Below are positions 54,501 through 64,000 of a DNA stretch of 64,000 nucleotides, one piece after another. Position numbers and translations under genes: made by a program. The stretch comes from Fimbriosthenelais zetlandica. Taxonomy: Eukaryota. Within the stretch, counting starts at the first letter, position 1. Every line of letters begins with the position of its first letter. The notes beneath the pieces were generated by a model. The model was not told the origin of the DNA, did not search any database, and worked only from the letters and a program-made list of their open reading frames with translations. The stretch covers positions 24,366,001 to 24,430,000 of the forward strand of contig OZ365112.1 of the NCBI GenBank assembly GCA_977030845.1. Reading direction: 5' to 3'.

Positions 54501-57500
54501 AATTAAGATACTTACCTAACTAAAAAGATACCATGGATTAAGCATAATATAAAGGGAATTTCTGTCTATAATTGCCGGCCAGTTCTTGAAAGTTTTCTGT
54601 CCAGATGGTAATGGCAGGAGTTCATGATCGTTAAAGTTCATGATCGAAGTTCAAATTCCTGCCATTTTTCATTGGATGGATCCTTGAATCCATGCACACA
54701 AAAAGTCAACTGTTGGGATCCAATTTTTGCACACTATATATGGATAATGTTCATGTTCATTGTTCTTCAGCACATTCGATGTTTAAAGTCACTGGATTCA
54801 GTCTTGAATCCCACATCAAGTACTGGCTAGGAGAAAGTTCAGTTTTCAGATTATCCCTTGGTTAACACATATACTTACCTAAGAAATAACCAAGAAAGGG
54901 ATTTTCTGTCCATATTTGCCAGTTCTGTGTGCAGGTGGTACTGGCACAGGCTCATGATCGTTAAAGTTCATGATCAAAGTTCGAATTCCTGCCATTTTAT
55001 GTTGGATGGATCCTTGAATCCATGAACACAAAAAGTCAAATGTTGGGGATCCAATTAGTGCAAACTATAGTTCATATTGATTGATAATGTTCAATGGATT
55101 CCTGTCCATATTTGCCAGTCAGTTCTGTGTCCAGGAAGTCCTGACATAGGCTCATGATCGTTATAGTTCATGAATTAAGTTCAAATTCTTTCAGTTTCTC
55201 ACCTGATGGATCCTTGAATCCCACATATATCATGAACTAGCACATCTTATAGTTCACATACTTACCTAAAAATCAGTGCAAGTTCTGTGATATTGGATTA
55301 GGATAAGTTCATTAATAGTTCATGTTTGGCAGGAACTTGGAATCCTCCTGTTGATATGAGGCAGATATGGGGCATTACAGCAATAAGGGACCCAATTAAT
55401 TGCTAATATACCAAAAGATACTTACCAACTAATTTATATATTAAAATTAAATAATTGGGTCACAATCTTGCTTATCCCTGAAGTCTTTCATAATCTTAAG
55501 TTCATGAGTTCAGAGTTTCTATTCATCTCTCAGATTTTAGTCATTTTTGCCATTTGAGTCAATGAAAGTTAAAGACTGTTCTGCCTCTACTGCTTTTATA
55601 AAAGTTCACTAAGCAGTGCTGGCATGATCAGATAATGGCAGGTGCTATTTGAGAGATGGGAATTTCATTTTCACACATTGCTGGTTCCAGCAGGATTTTC
55701 ACAAGGAACAGTGGTTCTGAAGTGGCATGAGAGGGGGAACAGTCGCATTCCATGATATTAGTGCGTTTCCAATAACTCGTTGATCACACACAATACTGAG
55801 TTGCTCTAAAAGCAACAGTCAAATCAAGTCTAAATCACAGTTCACAGTGATTCTGAAGAATCTTTCATCACAGTCACACATCCATGGGTAAAGTGTTCCA
55901 AGAGAGAGACATTCACACCAGAGTTTGTCAGTCTTAGCTGCAGAAAGGCCGCAGTTAGGGTCACTCACAGTGACTTGAGTCATTCAAAGTTTCAAGCATA
56001 TTGTTCCAGAATTCTGAACACATCAGAGAAAGCATACAGGTCTAATTTAAACCAAACAAATTGTCTTACCATATAAACCTGAAATCTCAAACATATACCA
56101 CATTCAAAGAACATCGTTTTCACATCAATCAATCATTTCAACAAATATAATTTGTACTGAAAGCCAACTCGCAAGTAGAGAAGAATCAACTGACACAGTA
56201 ATTGGAGGAGGTTTTAAAGTTGTCTCACTTTTGGCAAATGGTCCTTGGGTCTATTTGCCACAGAATTGTTTTTCACAGTTTCACAGTCACTCACAGTTTC
56301 ATGTCCAAGATCAGTTCTTTGGATCAGTTCCTCAATTTAAGTTCAAAACAGGCTCATAATAAGAGGCAGAGTTCCTGGATAAGCACAAGTTCACTGGCAT
56401 ATCTTATCCAACTGTTAAAATAGTTGGATCAAGCCTTCAGCTAGTGTTCCTATTATTTCAGGCAATGACAGTTACAGACTATATTCAGTCAACTGTTCAT
56501 AGTATGTTCACTTTTAAATTGCAAATCAAGTCCACATTCCAGTCCAGAGTTTGAATGACAAACTGCTGCCAGCATTTTGGAATCTTGCCCATGGCAAGTC
56601 CAAAATATAAGCAAAATGAAAAAATGAACCAAGAAAACATGACATTTTTAAACAGTCACTAATACGTATTATGTGATGGCAACACACTGTGAGAATGACA
56701 AAATACATGAATATACTCACCTTTGTGAATTCAATAAAATAATTTGTTAACAAAGACAGAAAACTTGGTCAGGGGTATTAATCTTTATTCCATGTACCTT
56801 TCATCTTACATAAATAACACACTGTGATTAAATGCTTAGATCATATTCATTTAATCTTCTATTATGTATTTTATCTTCTATCGTCCAGGTCTTCCTCCCT
56901 CTTCATCCTTCCTAGTCTTCCTCTTCTATTTGCCAAGTCTTCTCTGTTGATCCTTCCATGTCTTCTCTCTTCTATCTTGCAATATTTCCTCTTCTCTCTT
57001 CCAAGTATTGATCTTCTTTCTTCCAAGGCTTCCTCTTCTATCTTCCAGGTCTTCATATCCTGCCATCATCTTCCAGGGGCTTCTCTTCTTTGCCCAGACT
57101 TCCTCTTCCATCTTCATCGTCTATCTTAAGTCTTCTCTCTTCGTTCTTCAAGTCTTCTGTCTTCTTTCTTCTCTTCTATCTTCCAAGTCTTCTCTTCTTT
57201 CTTCCATTCTTTCTTCCAAGTCTCCTGTCTTCTTTCTCCTCTTCTATCTTCCAAGTCTTCTCTCTTCATTCTTCCAAGTCGCCTGTCTTCTTTCTTCTCT
57301 CCTTTCTTCCAAGTCTTCTCTCTTCTTTCTTCCATTCTTTATTCCAAGTCTCCTGTCTTCTTTATCCTCTTCCATCGTCCAAGTCTTCTCTCTTCATTCT
57401 TCCAAGTTTACTCTCTTCTTTGTTCCAAGTCTTCTCTCTTTTTCTTCTCTTCTATCTTCCAAGTCTTCTCTTCTTTCTTCTCTCCTTTGTTCCAAGTCTT

Positions 57501-60500
57501 CTGTCTTCTTACTTCCAAGTCTTCTCTCTTCTTTCTTCTCTTCTTTCTTCCAAGTCTTCTCTCTTCTTTCTTCCAAGTCTTCTCTCTTCTTTCATCCAGG
57601 TCTTCTCTCTTCAATCTTCTAAGGCTTCTTCTTCTATCTTCCAAGTCTTCTCTTCTTTCTTCCAAGTCTTCTCTCTTCTTTCTTCCAAGTCTTCAGTCTT
57701 CTTTATTCTCTTCTATCTTCCAAGTCTTCTCTCTTCTTTCTTCCAGGTCTTCTGTCTTCAATCTTCTAAGGCTTCTTCTTCTATCTTCCAAGTTTTCTCT
57801 TCTTTCTTCTCTTCTTTGATCCAAGGCTTCTCTCTTCTTTCTTCTCTTCTTTGTTCCAAGTCTTCTCTCTTCTTTCTTCTCTTCTTTGATCCAAGTCTTC
57901 TCTCTTCTTTCTTCTCTTCTTTGTTCCAAGTCTTCTCTCTTCTTTCTTCTCTTCTATCTTCCAAGTCTTGTCTCTTCTTTATTCTCTTCTTTCATCCAAG
58001 TCTTGTCTCTTCTTTATTCTCTCTTCTTTCTTCCAGGTCTTCTGTCTTCAATCTTCTAAGGCTTCTTCTTCTATCTCCAAGTCTTCTCTCTTCTTTCTTC
58101 TCTTCTTTGTTCCAAGTCTTCTCTCTTCTTTCTTCTCTTCTTTGATCCAAGTCTTCTCTCTTCTTTCTTCTCTTCTTTGTTCCAAGTCTTTTCTCTTCTT
58201 CTCTTCTTTGATCCAAGTCTTCTCTCTTCTTTCTTCTCTTCTTTGTTCCAAGTCTTCTCTCTTCTTTCATCTCTTCTATCTTCCAAGTCTTGTCTCTCCT
58301 TTATTCTCTTCTTTCTTCTCTCTTCTTTCTTCCAGGTCTTCTGTCTTCAATCTTCTAAGACTTCTTCTTCTATCTTCCAAGTCTTCTCTCTTCTTTGATC
58401 CAAGTCTTCTCTCTTCTTTCTTCTCTTCTTTGTTCCAAGTATTCTCTTTTCTTTCTTCTCTTCTTTGATCCAAGTCTTCTCTCTTCTTTCTTCTCTTCTT
58501 TGTTCCAAGTCTTCTCTCTTCTTTCTTCTCTTCTTTGATCCAAGTCTTCTCTCTTCTTTCTTCTCTTCTTTGTTCCAAGTCTTCTCTCTTCTTTCTTCTC
58601 TTCTATCTTCCAAGTCTTGTCTCTTCTTTATTCTCTTCTTTCTTCCATGACATCTCTTCTTTGTACCAAGTCTTCTGTCTTCTTTCTTCTCTTCTTTCTT
58701 CCAGGCCTTCTCTCTTCCAATGATTCCTCTTCTTTCTTCTCTTCTTTCTTCCAGGCCTTCTCTCTTCCAATGATTCCTCTTCTTTCTTCTCTTCTTTCTT
58801 CCATGATATCTCTCTTCTTTCTATCAAATTCTCTGTCTTCTTTCTTCTCTTCTTTCTTCAAATCTGACTTCTTGCTTCCAAGTCTTCTCTCTTCTTTCTT
58901 CTCTTCTATCTTCCAAGTCTTCTCTCTTCATTCTTCTCTTCTTTCTTCCAAGTCTTCTCGCTTCTTTCTTCCAAGTCTCCTTTCTTCTTTCTTCTCGTCT
59001 TTCTTCCAAGTCTTCTCTCTTCTTTCTTCCAAGTATCCTGTCTTCTTTCTTCTCTTCTATCTTCCAAGTCTTCTCTCTTCATTCTTCTCTTGTTTCTTCC
59101 AAGTCTTCACTCTTCTTTCTTCTAGGTTTCTCTCTTCGAAGTCTTCTTCTATCTTACAAGTCTTAATCAATGCTTCCTCTTCTTTCTTCTCTTCTTTGTT
59201 CCAAGACATCTCTCTTCTTTCTTCGAAGCCTCCTGTCTTCTTTCTTCTCTTCTTTCTCCCAAGACCCCTGTCCTCTTTCTTCTCTTCTTTCTTCCAAGTC
59301 TTTCTTTCAAATCTTCCTCTTCTAATGTTTCCTCTTCTTTCTTCGGTCTTCTCTCTTCCAAATCTTAATCTTCTGTCTCCCAAGTCTGCTCTCTTCCTTC
59401 TTCATCTTCTATCTTCAAAATCTTCCTAAATCTTCATCTTCTATCTTCAAAATCTTCTGTCTTCTGTATCTTCCAAGTTGTCATCTTCTATCATCTAACC
59501 CCCAATTCTTCATCTTCTATATTCGATATTGCTAGTCTTCTATCTTCCAATTCTTCTATCTTCTTTCTTTTAATCTCTGGTCCTCATCTTGTATTCTCTT
59601 ACCTCCAAATATTCATCTTATATCTTGAATACCTCCTCTTCTTTCCTCTGTGCCCTCCATGAACATTCCTCGGTATATACAATATGCTGTGCAACAGCTC
59701 AATGCTACATAAATCAAACAATGTTCAACATAGAGATCTTCTTGAGCATGGATGCAAAATCCAAGCCAGAAGTCAAAATTAAAAAAACGTGTGTTGCCAT
59801 GCTATAGTGACTGCCTAAAAATGTGAGTAATTGTCTTCTACTTACCTTTCAGATGCGATGACAATTAGATAACAGCATTCTTGGTTCACTTTGTGATTCA
59901 CTAAATGTTCTTTGCTCAATGGCTGCTTGTGTTGTTTAATGTCTCAGTCATATTTTTTGACTGGTAACTGTTCACTGATGGTGGGTGAGATCCAGGTTTG
60001 TTTCTACACAGGTTCCTTGCTGTGGTTTTATAATGTCTGACAGTGTCACAAAGCACGGAAATGCAGTTTGCTGAAGAACTGAATAATGTTCCCAAATGTG
60101 ACGATTTAGAAGTCAATGCACTATAATACTGAAAGACAAAACCTGAAAACTAAATGGTTTGGGGGCAAAGGGGGAAGTGTACTTTCTCATCCAAACACTC
60201 ACTTTCATTTCATACACCTGACACCGGCATTTTACAATTCATCAAAAACACCCACATTCTTGCATAAACAAACCTTGTTCATATAAATGTGTAACATTGC
60301 TCTCATAACAACCCAAACAAACGCACCACATTAATTGTATATATAACATTCAGTAAGTTTCTGTCTGAATATTTTCAGAGATGCATACGATGGAGTCAAG
60401 TTGAATGTGTTGGCAGTTTGCTCAACTTGGTTCTTGTTCCAGCACTACTTACTGAATGTACCTCAGTTCTGGGTTCATGTTTTGAGTATTAAGTACAGAC

Positions 60501-63500
60501 ACCAGCAATCGCTGAGCCATACTTATTAGAAGTGAGTTGGTTCAGTCATCAAGTGAAAGACATGCTGGCCTGGTGTCACATCTGAATTGGTGAGTTCCCC
60601 AGGAGAAGCATGTTCAGATGTCTGTCACACCATGCTTGATGTCTGTCAAGTTTGATGCATGAGTCAGCAGAAAGCCGACCACTGGAGCTGAGGGCACACC
60701 GCCATGTCTGACTGATGGGACATGGCAGGGTGCAGCAAGCTAAGCATGAGGTAGATGTTCTCATGCTGTTAGCTAGTGGTGTTCATGGTGAAGGGTGGAG
60801 GGATGTAGATACTGGGGTCAGATGATGAGGAGAGGAAGTTCTGGTCCTGTCAACCCTGCAGATCCTGCCACTTCACTCGCTGATGGCAATTTCAAGCTGC
60901 TTTCATTTCTCATGGCACAATAAAGATGATAAATTGTCCAAGATAATTTGCTCATATAACTTAAGCTTCCACAAAATTAACTTTTGTCAGGATAAATGTT
61001 CATATTTGGAAACTTTATCATGGGTATTATGATTGGTACCCTAGGCAGAATAGTCCACAAAGTTCATTTTTCAGAATGTTCATTAGTTAGGGAAGTTACT
61101 GACACGAAGTCATAGAATTCTGCTTATTTCATTGTCCTTTTTGGCTTAACTTTTCACAGTGATGGTCATGGTTTTTCAAAGTTCACTGAAATCACTGTAT
61201 AAGATGACTTAACTGGGAAAAACTTGGGTCACACACTTCATGTTGATGCAGACAGAGCTCTCAATGACTTAGCATCTGTCAGAAATGTTCAGAAATGTCA
61301 CTTAGCATTGTGTGCTGACTTAATTCACACTATATTAAATATTAAGGGCGTCAAGCGATGTACACACACGGTTGGAATGTTCATATACAGGTCCTTGCAG
61401 CATTGAAGAACTATGGGCAGATATCAAATGTCCACTGGGTGCAATACCCTCTGCCTTTGCTGCGGTACAATTACAACTTCAAGGAGAGCAGTATGGTTGG
61501 GAAAGTATGCTGTCTTCATCACAGGCATACAAGAGTGTTCACTAAAGCAGCTGCTCGATTGATTCACGTAGATCGGTTGTCAAGGCTGGCTGGTTGGCTG
61601 GTTGGTTGGCAGGATCTGTGGGCTGGCAGGTTGATGGTTGACAAGCTGGATCAGATGTTGATGATGATGACACAGTGGATGGTTGATGCATGTGTGATGA
61701 AACCAAGGGAATGGTCCCACACTTCACATGTTCTCATCCACAGACCACTAGTTCAGAGGGTTATATATAGGGAGGTGGCACAGTCCACAATGACCTCTCT
61801 ATCTTTGTCACCCCTCTGAACAATGGCCTCAGTTTTGATGAAGTTTGTTGATGAAGTCACACTCACTCTCTTCACTGGAGTTGAGTGAGTTCACACTTAG
61901 TTCACACAAGTCTTGGATGCTGAATTGTGTCCAAGAGTGGACCCATCAATAGGGCCCGCACTCTCAGGTTCAGGTGTTCATTTGCATTGACCACTGGGTC
62001 AGATACAAACAGTATACATATAGATGACACAGTCAGGGTTCACAGTGTCCCAGTGTTCATCTAATTAAGGTTCTCAGGGTTGAAAGTATGTTCACTTCAG
62101 TGTTTGTTCATTTCAGTACTCGTCTATCACAGTACACTGTTATTAAGAGTTCATACTCTTAGGAGTCCATAGTCATGGAATGTGCATTGTTCTCCTTTAT
62201 ATTGGCAGTTATTGTTTTAGGGAATTTAACTAGTAGAATATTTTGATAAATTTGGGGTAATAACTAAATGGGAAAATATGGGCCTAAAAAGTTTAGTTAA
62301 AAAATTAAAAAACGAGTTGGTACCATGTGCAGTGTACCATACACGCGCAGTCTAAGCGACACTTAGATAATGTGTTAGTAACTGTCCAGAGTCAATAAGT
62401 TCTTGCACTCACATGACATTCACACATGAAATCATATGTGTATCAACAAAAATGTCACTGATATGAAGGATAATGTCACTAGGGGGCATTTGGTTTGCAT
62501 TGAGCAATTAACCACATAATGTTCACATTTTAAGTTTTTTTTGAGTAAATTTGGACTGGAATCAAGTCCGAGATATATCTGAGATATATCCACATTGTCT
62601 TTGAGATTATCAATTTAGTCTCAAGCATCTCAAGTATTTTAGTCTTATTTTTTTTAGCCCCCTTGAAAAATAAGCTTTGTCCATGTAATGGCTATTTTTC
62701 TGTCCATTTTAAAGTTCATTTTTTCTTATCACATAGTGATATTCACACAAGTTTCTCTGAAACACTCTTAAATTATAATTGTTAAACAAAATAAAAGTGC
62801 CACCATTCATACAGAGGTCCGAAACAGATGTCAAATCTTCATTTGGAAACCACCATTTGCTCAAGAGAAGAGCGAGTGGTTCATAGCAACAGAGCACAGG
62901 TCCAAGGAATGTCTGAACCATGCTGATTAATTTTGTTTTTTTTCAATATGTATGAATGGGCCGGCAGACATAACCAACAGTGAAAATAATGGTGAAGCAA
63001 AGCTATTACTTACAGTCCAAGCGTTCTACTCGGAGGAACGGTATGTTGACACCATCTGAAATGATTAAGGGAAGGAACTGCGTTATAATTCTGATAAAAT
63101 CTATAAAGGTTCCAATTTCCAAACCTGTCTTACCCTAGATACTTTGCAAAGGCCTCAATTGGGAGCTGAATAAACATTTAACAATGAATTAAATGCACAC
63201 AGCCTCTTGGTGGACTTTGATTCAGTTATGGTGACATTTAAGGGGGCACAAGACATACTAGTCTAAACTATTCTAAAATTTACAAACCAAAAATCAATCC
63301 TGCAACAAAATAAGTTATAAAGGAAATTATATAACAAAGCTCATAAACTCAAATGAGCTAAAATGGCAAATCAAATAATGCATAAATCATATAAATATCC
63401 GGCGTAAATTTGCATAGCTTCTGATGCTAAAAACCAAATAGAAAAGCCAAATAAATAAGAAATAGCCAAATAAATGAGAAAAGCAAAATGAAGACAAAAG

Positions 63501-64000
63501 GGAGCCTACTCACCATCGAGGTAGGGGATGGAATCACTGTTGATGGAGGCATCAGAGAATGAGTTGAGCTCACGGCTGTCTTTGGAGTTATTTCGTGTGT
63601 GTTTCTTCCGCCTGAAGAAACTTCGCCGTGCTGAGGCCGAGCCCCGCCGCGACCCCTTCAGCTCATCATCGTGTAGTATGTCAGACATGGATCTCTTCTG
63701 AGCCAACTCGTCCTCCATCCTGAAAAACAGTCAAAGTTCAGGAATTATACAAACTGAAATAACTATTTTATCAGTGAGAACGTTCAGAGGGTTAATACAA
63801 TTAAGAAGGAACCTAGTTCAAATACAAGCCAGCAGAGAACTGAGTAGATCTAGCATAATGGACACCAACCTTGATTTGCTGGGAATGGTGCCCCATCTTA
63901 ACTTGTTGCCCTCGTCATCAACCAGCCAGGCCCTCCAGACCCCTGACATGCCCTTATACAGAGTGTTGTCCACAAAGAGGATGTCATCCTTCTTAAAGTG
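42596..64000 (-). CDS. DLG5: Disks large homolog 5 (MAGUK), 3' part covering SH3, linker and GUK. Exons 64000(partial)-63870, 63719-63514, 63055-63014, 50581-50480, 50207-50080, 43134-42915, 42699-42596 (stop)
   Basis: FKKDDILFVDNTL..WRAW..GTIPSK (SH3), SARRSFFRRKKH..SKD..DSIP, RVERLDC|MVLRPVLILGPL, VDYQRR..HYEC, IYPIVLYIKHKSPKQIRE and QKKTLWIPAGSI* match recalled human DLG5. GT-AG boundaries with consistent phases. Confidence 0.92.
45640..48200. repeat. TCA(C/T)-rich low-complexity domain with (TTCA)n tracts (~46032-46060, ~48095-48137) and a 28-bp array (~46590-46745)
   Basis: Dense ttca/ctca motifs. CTTTCATTGAC recurs at 46625, 46653 and 46681. Confidence 0.9.
46807..47760. repeat. Composite minisatellite: ~10 units of 52 bp, then 9 units of 40 bp, then one 52-bp unit
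   Basis: The 52-mer is ATTCAACCACTCACTGACTCATTCAATCATTCGCTGACCCATTCACTCTTTC. ATTCAGCCAC recurs every 40 bp from 47311 to 47671 and again at 47723. Confidence 0.95.
48960..49250 (+). mobile_element. Possible decayed LINE endonuclease fragment
   Basis: YIHPPN...LIGLYN...YRDVYTILH...DW resembles the APE motifs IYAPN / IGDFN / DVWRxLHP..TW, with stops. Confidence 0.28.
52545..53310. repeat. ~190-bp tandem repeat (family A), 4 diverged copies in the DLG5 intron
   Basis: GTCCATGTAACACATGATAT at 52571, 52761, 52954 and ~53153. The first three copies continue ACTTACCTG; the fourth has lost that segment. Confidence 0.9.
54231..54254. repeat. G24 homopolymer
   Basis: 24 consecutive G. Confidence 0.95.
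54340..55270. repeat. ~360-390-bp diverged tandem repeat (family B), ~2.7 copies
   Basis: Shared blocks GTCACTGGATTCA, GAATCCCACAT, CATGATCGTTA and GGATCCTTGAATCC. ATACTTACCTA occurs at 54508, 54871 and 55258. Confidence 0.8.
56870..59580. repeat. 2.7-kb pyrimidine-rich (CT) degenerate satellite with a ~35-bp core unit
   Basis: Core CCAAGTCTTCTCTCTTCTTTCTTCTCTTCTTTGTT, repeated with indels. The plus strand is almost entirely C/T. Confidence 0.95.

Noticed and set aside
54611-54665. tRNA or tRNA-derived SINE (GTTCRAAT B-box-like motif; TGGCAGGA...TCCTGCCA stem)
   Set aside because: No cloverleaf can be built: the T-stem does not pair and there is no D arm or anticodon arm. Only an imperfect hairpin is present.
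57008-59429. Long Ser/Leu/Phe-rich (+) and Glu/Lys/Arg-rich (-) ORFs
   Set aside because: These are translations of the CT satellite. They overlap in many frames, are broken by frameshifts, and lack splice-consistent boundaries.
60576-61819. ORFs 60576-60764, 61358-61819 and 61542-61727 as a nested gene
   Set aside because: No recognisable domain, partly made of GGCT/GGTT microsatellite, and no consistent exon chain.

Overview
Eukaryotic (invertebrate, probably bilaterian) AT-rich genomic DNA with spliceosomal introns. It is not prokaryotic and has no CRISPR array, rRNA or tRNA gene that I can support. Gene models were built by hand from GT-AG boundaries with phase checks, and identities rest on recalled protein sequences, not a database search. 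Left to right: (i) about 19 kb of decayed L1/Tx1-like LINE debris, probably the first intron of a minus-strand tetraspanin whose first coding exon is 19613-19479; (ii) a 20-21-exon PDXDC1 gene (minus, 33475 to about 22372) with a 42-bp minisatellite in its last intron; (iii) two cyclophilin genes head-to-head, a cytosolic PPIA-like gene (minus) and a PPIF-like gene with a putative mitochondrial presequence (plus), where exons 2-4 of the PPIA-like gene sit in a 1,500-bp apparently identical tandem duplication with an 8-nt junction insert; (iv) the 3' end of DLG5 (minus, SH3-GUK exons) with two repeat-expanded introns of 6.9 and 12.4 kb. The most unusual signal is in the 12.4-kb DLG5 intron. It carries a cluster of optimal, fully or nearly fully U1-complementary (C/T)AG|GTAAGTAT sites that have been amplified by two tandem-repeat families. 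It also shows strong strand-biased enrichment of UGAAC on the pre-mRNA, a candidate 9-nt microexon, a candidate poison exon, and short collinear similarities to U1 snRNA. Together these suggest, without proving, a repeat-built recursive-splicing or U1-loading system.
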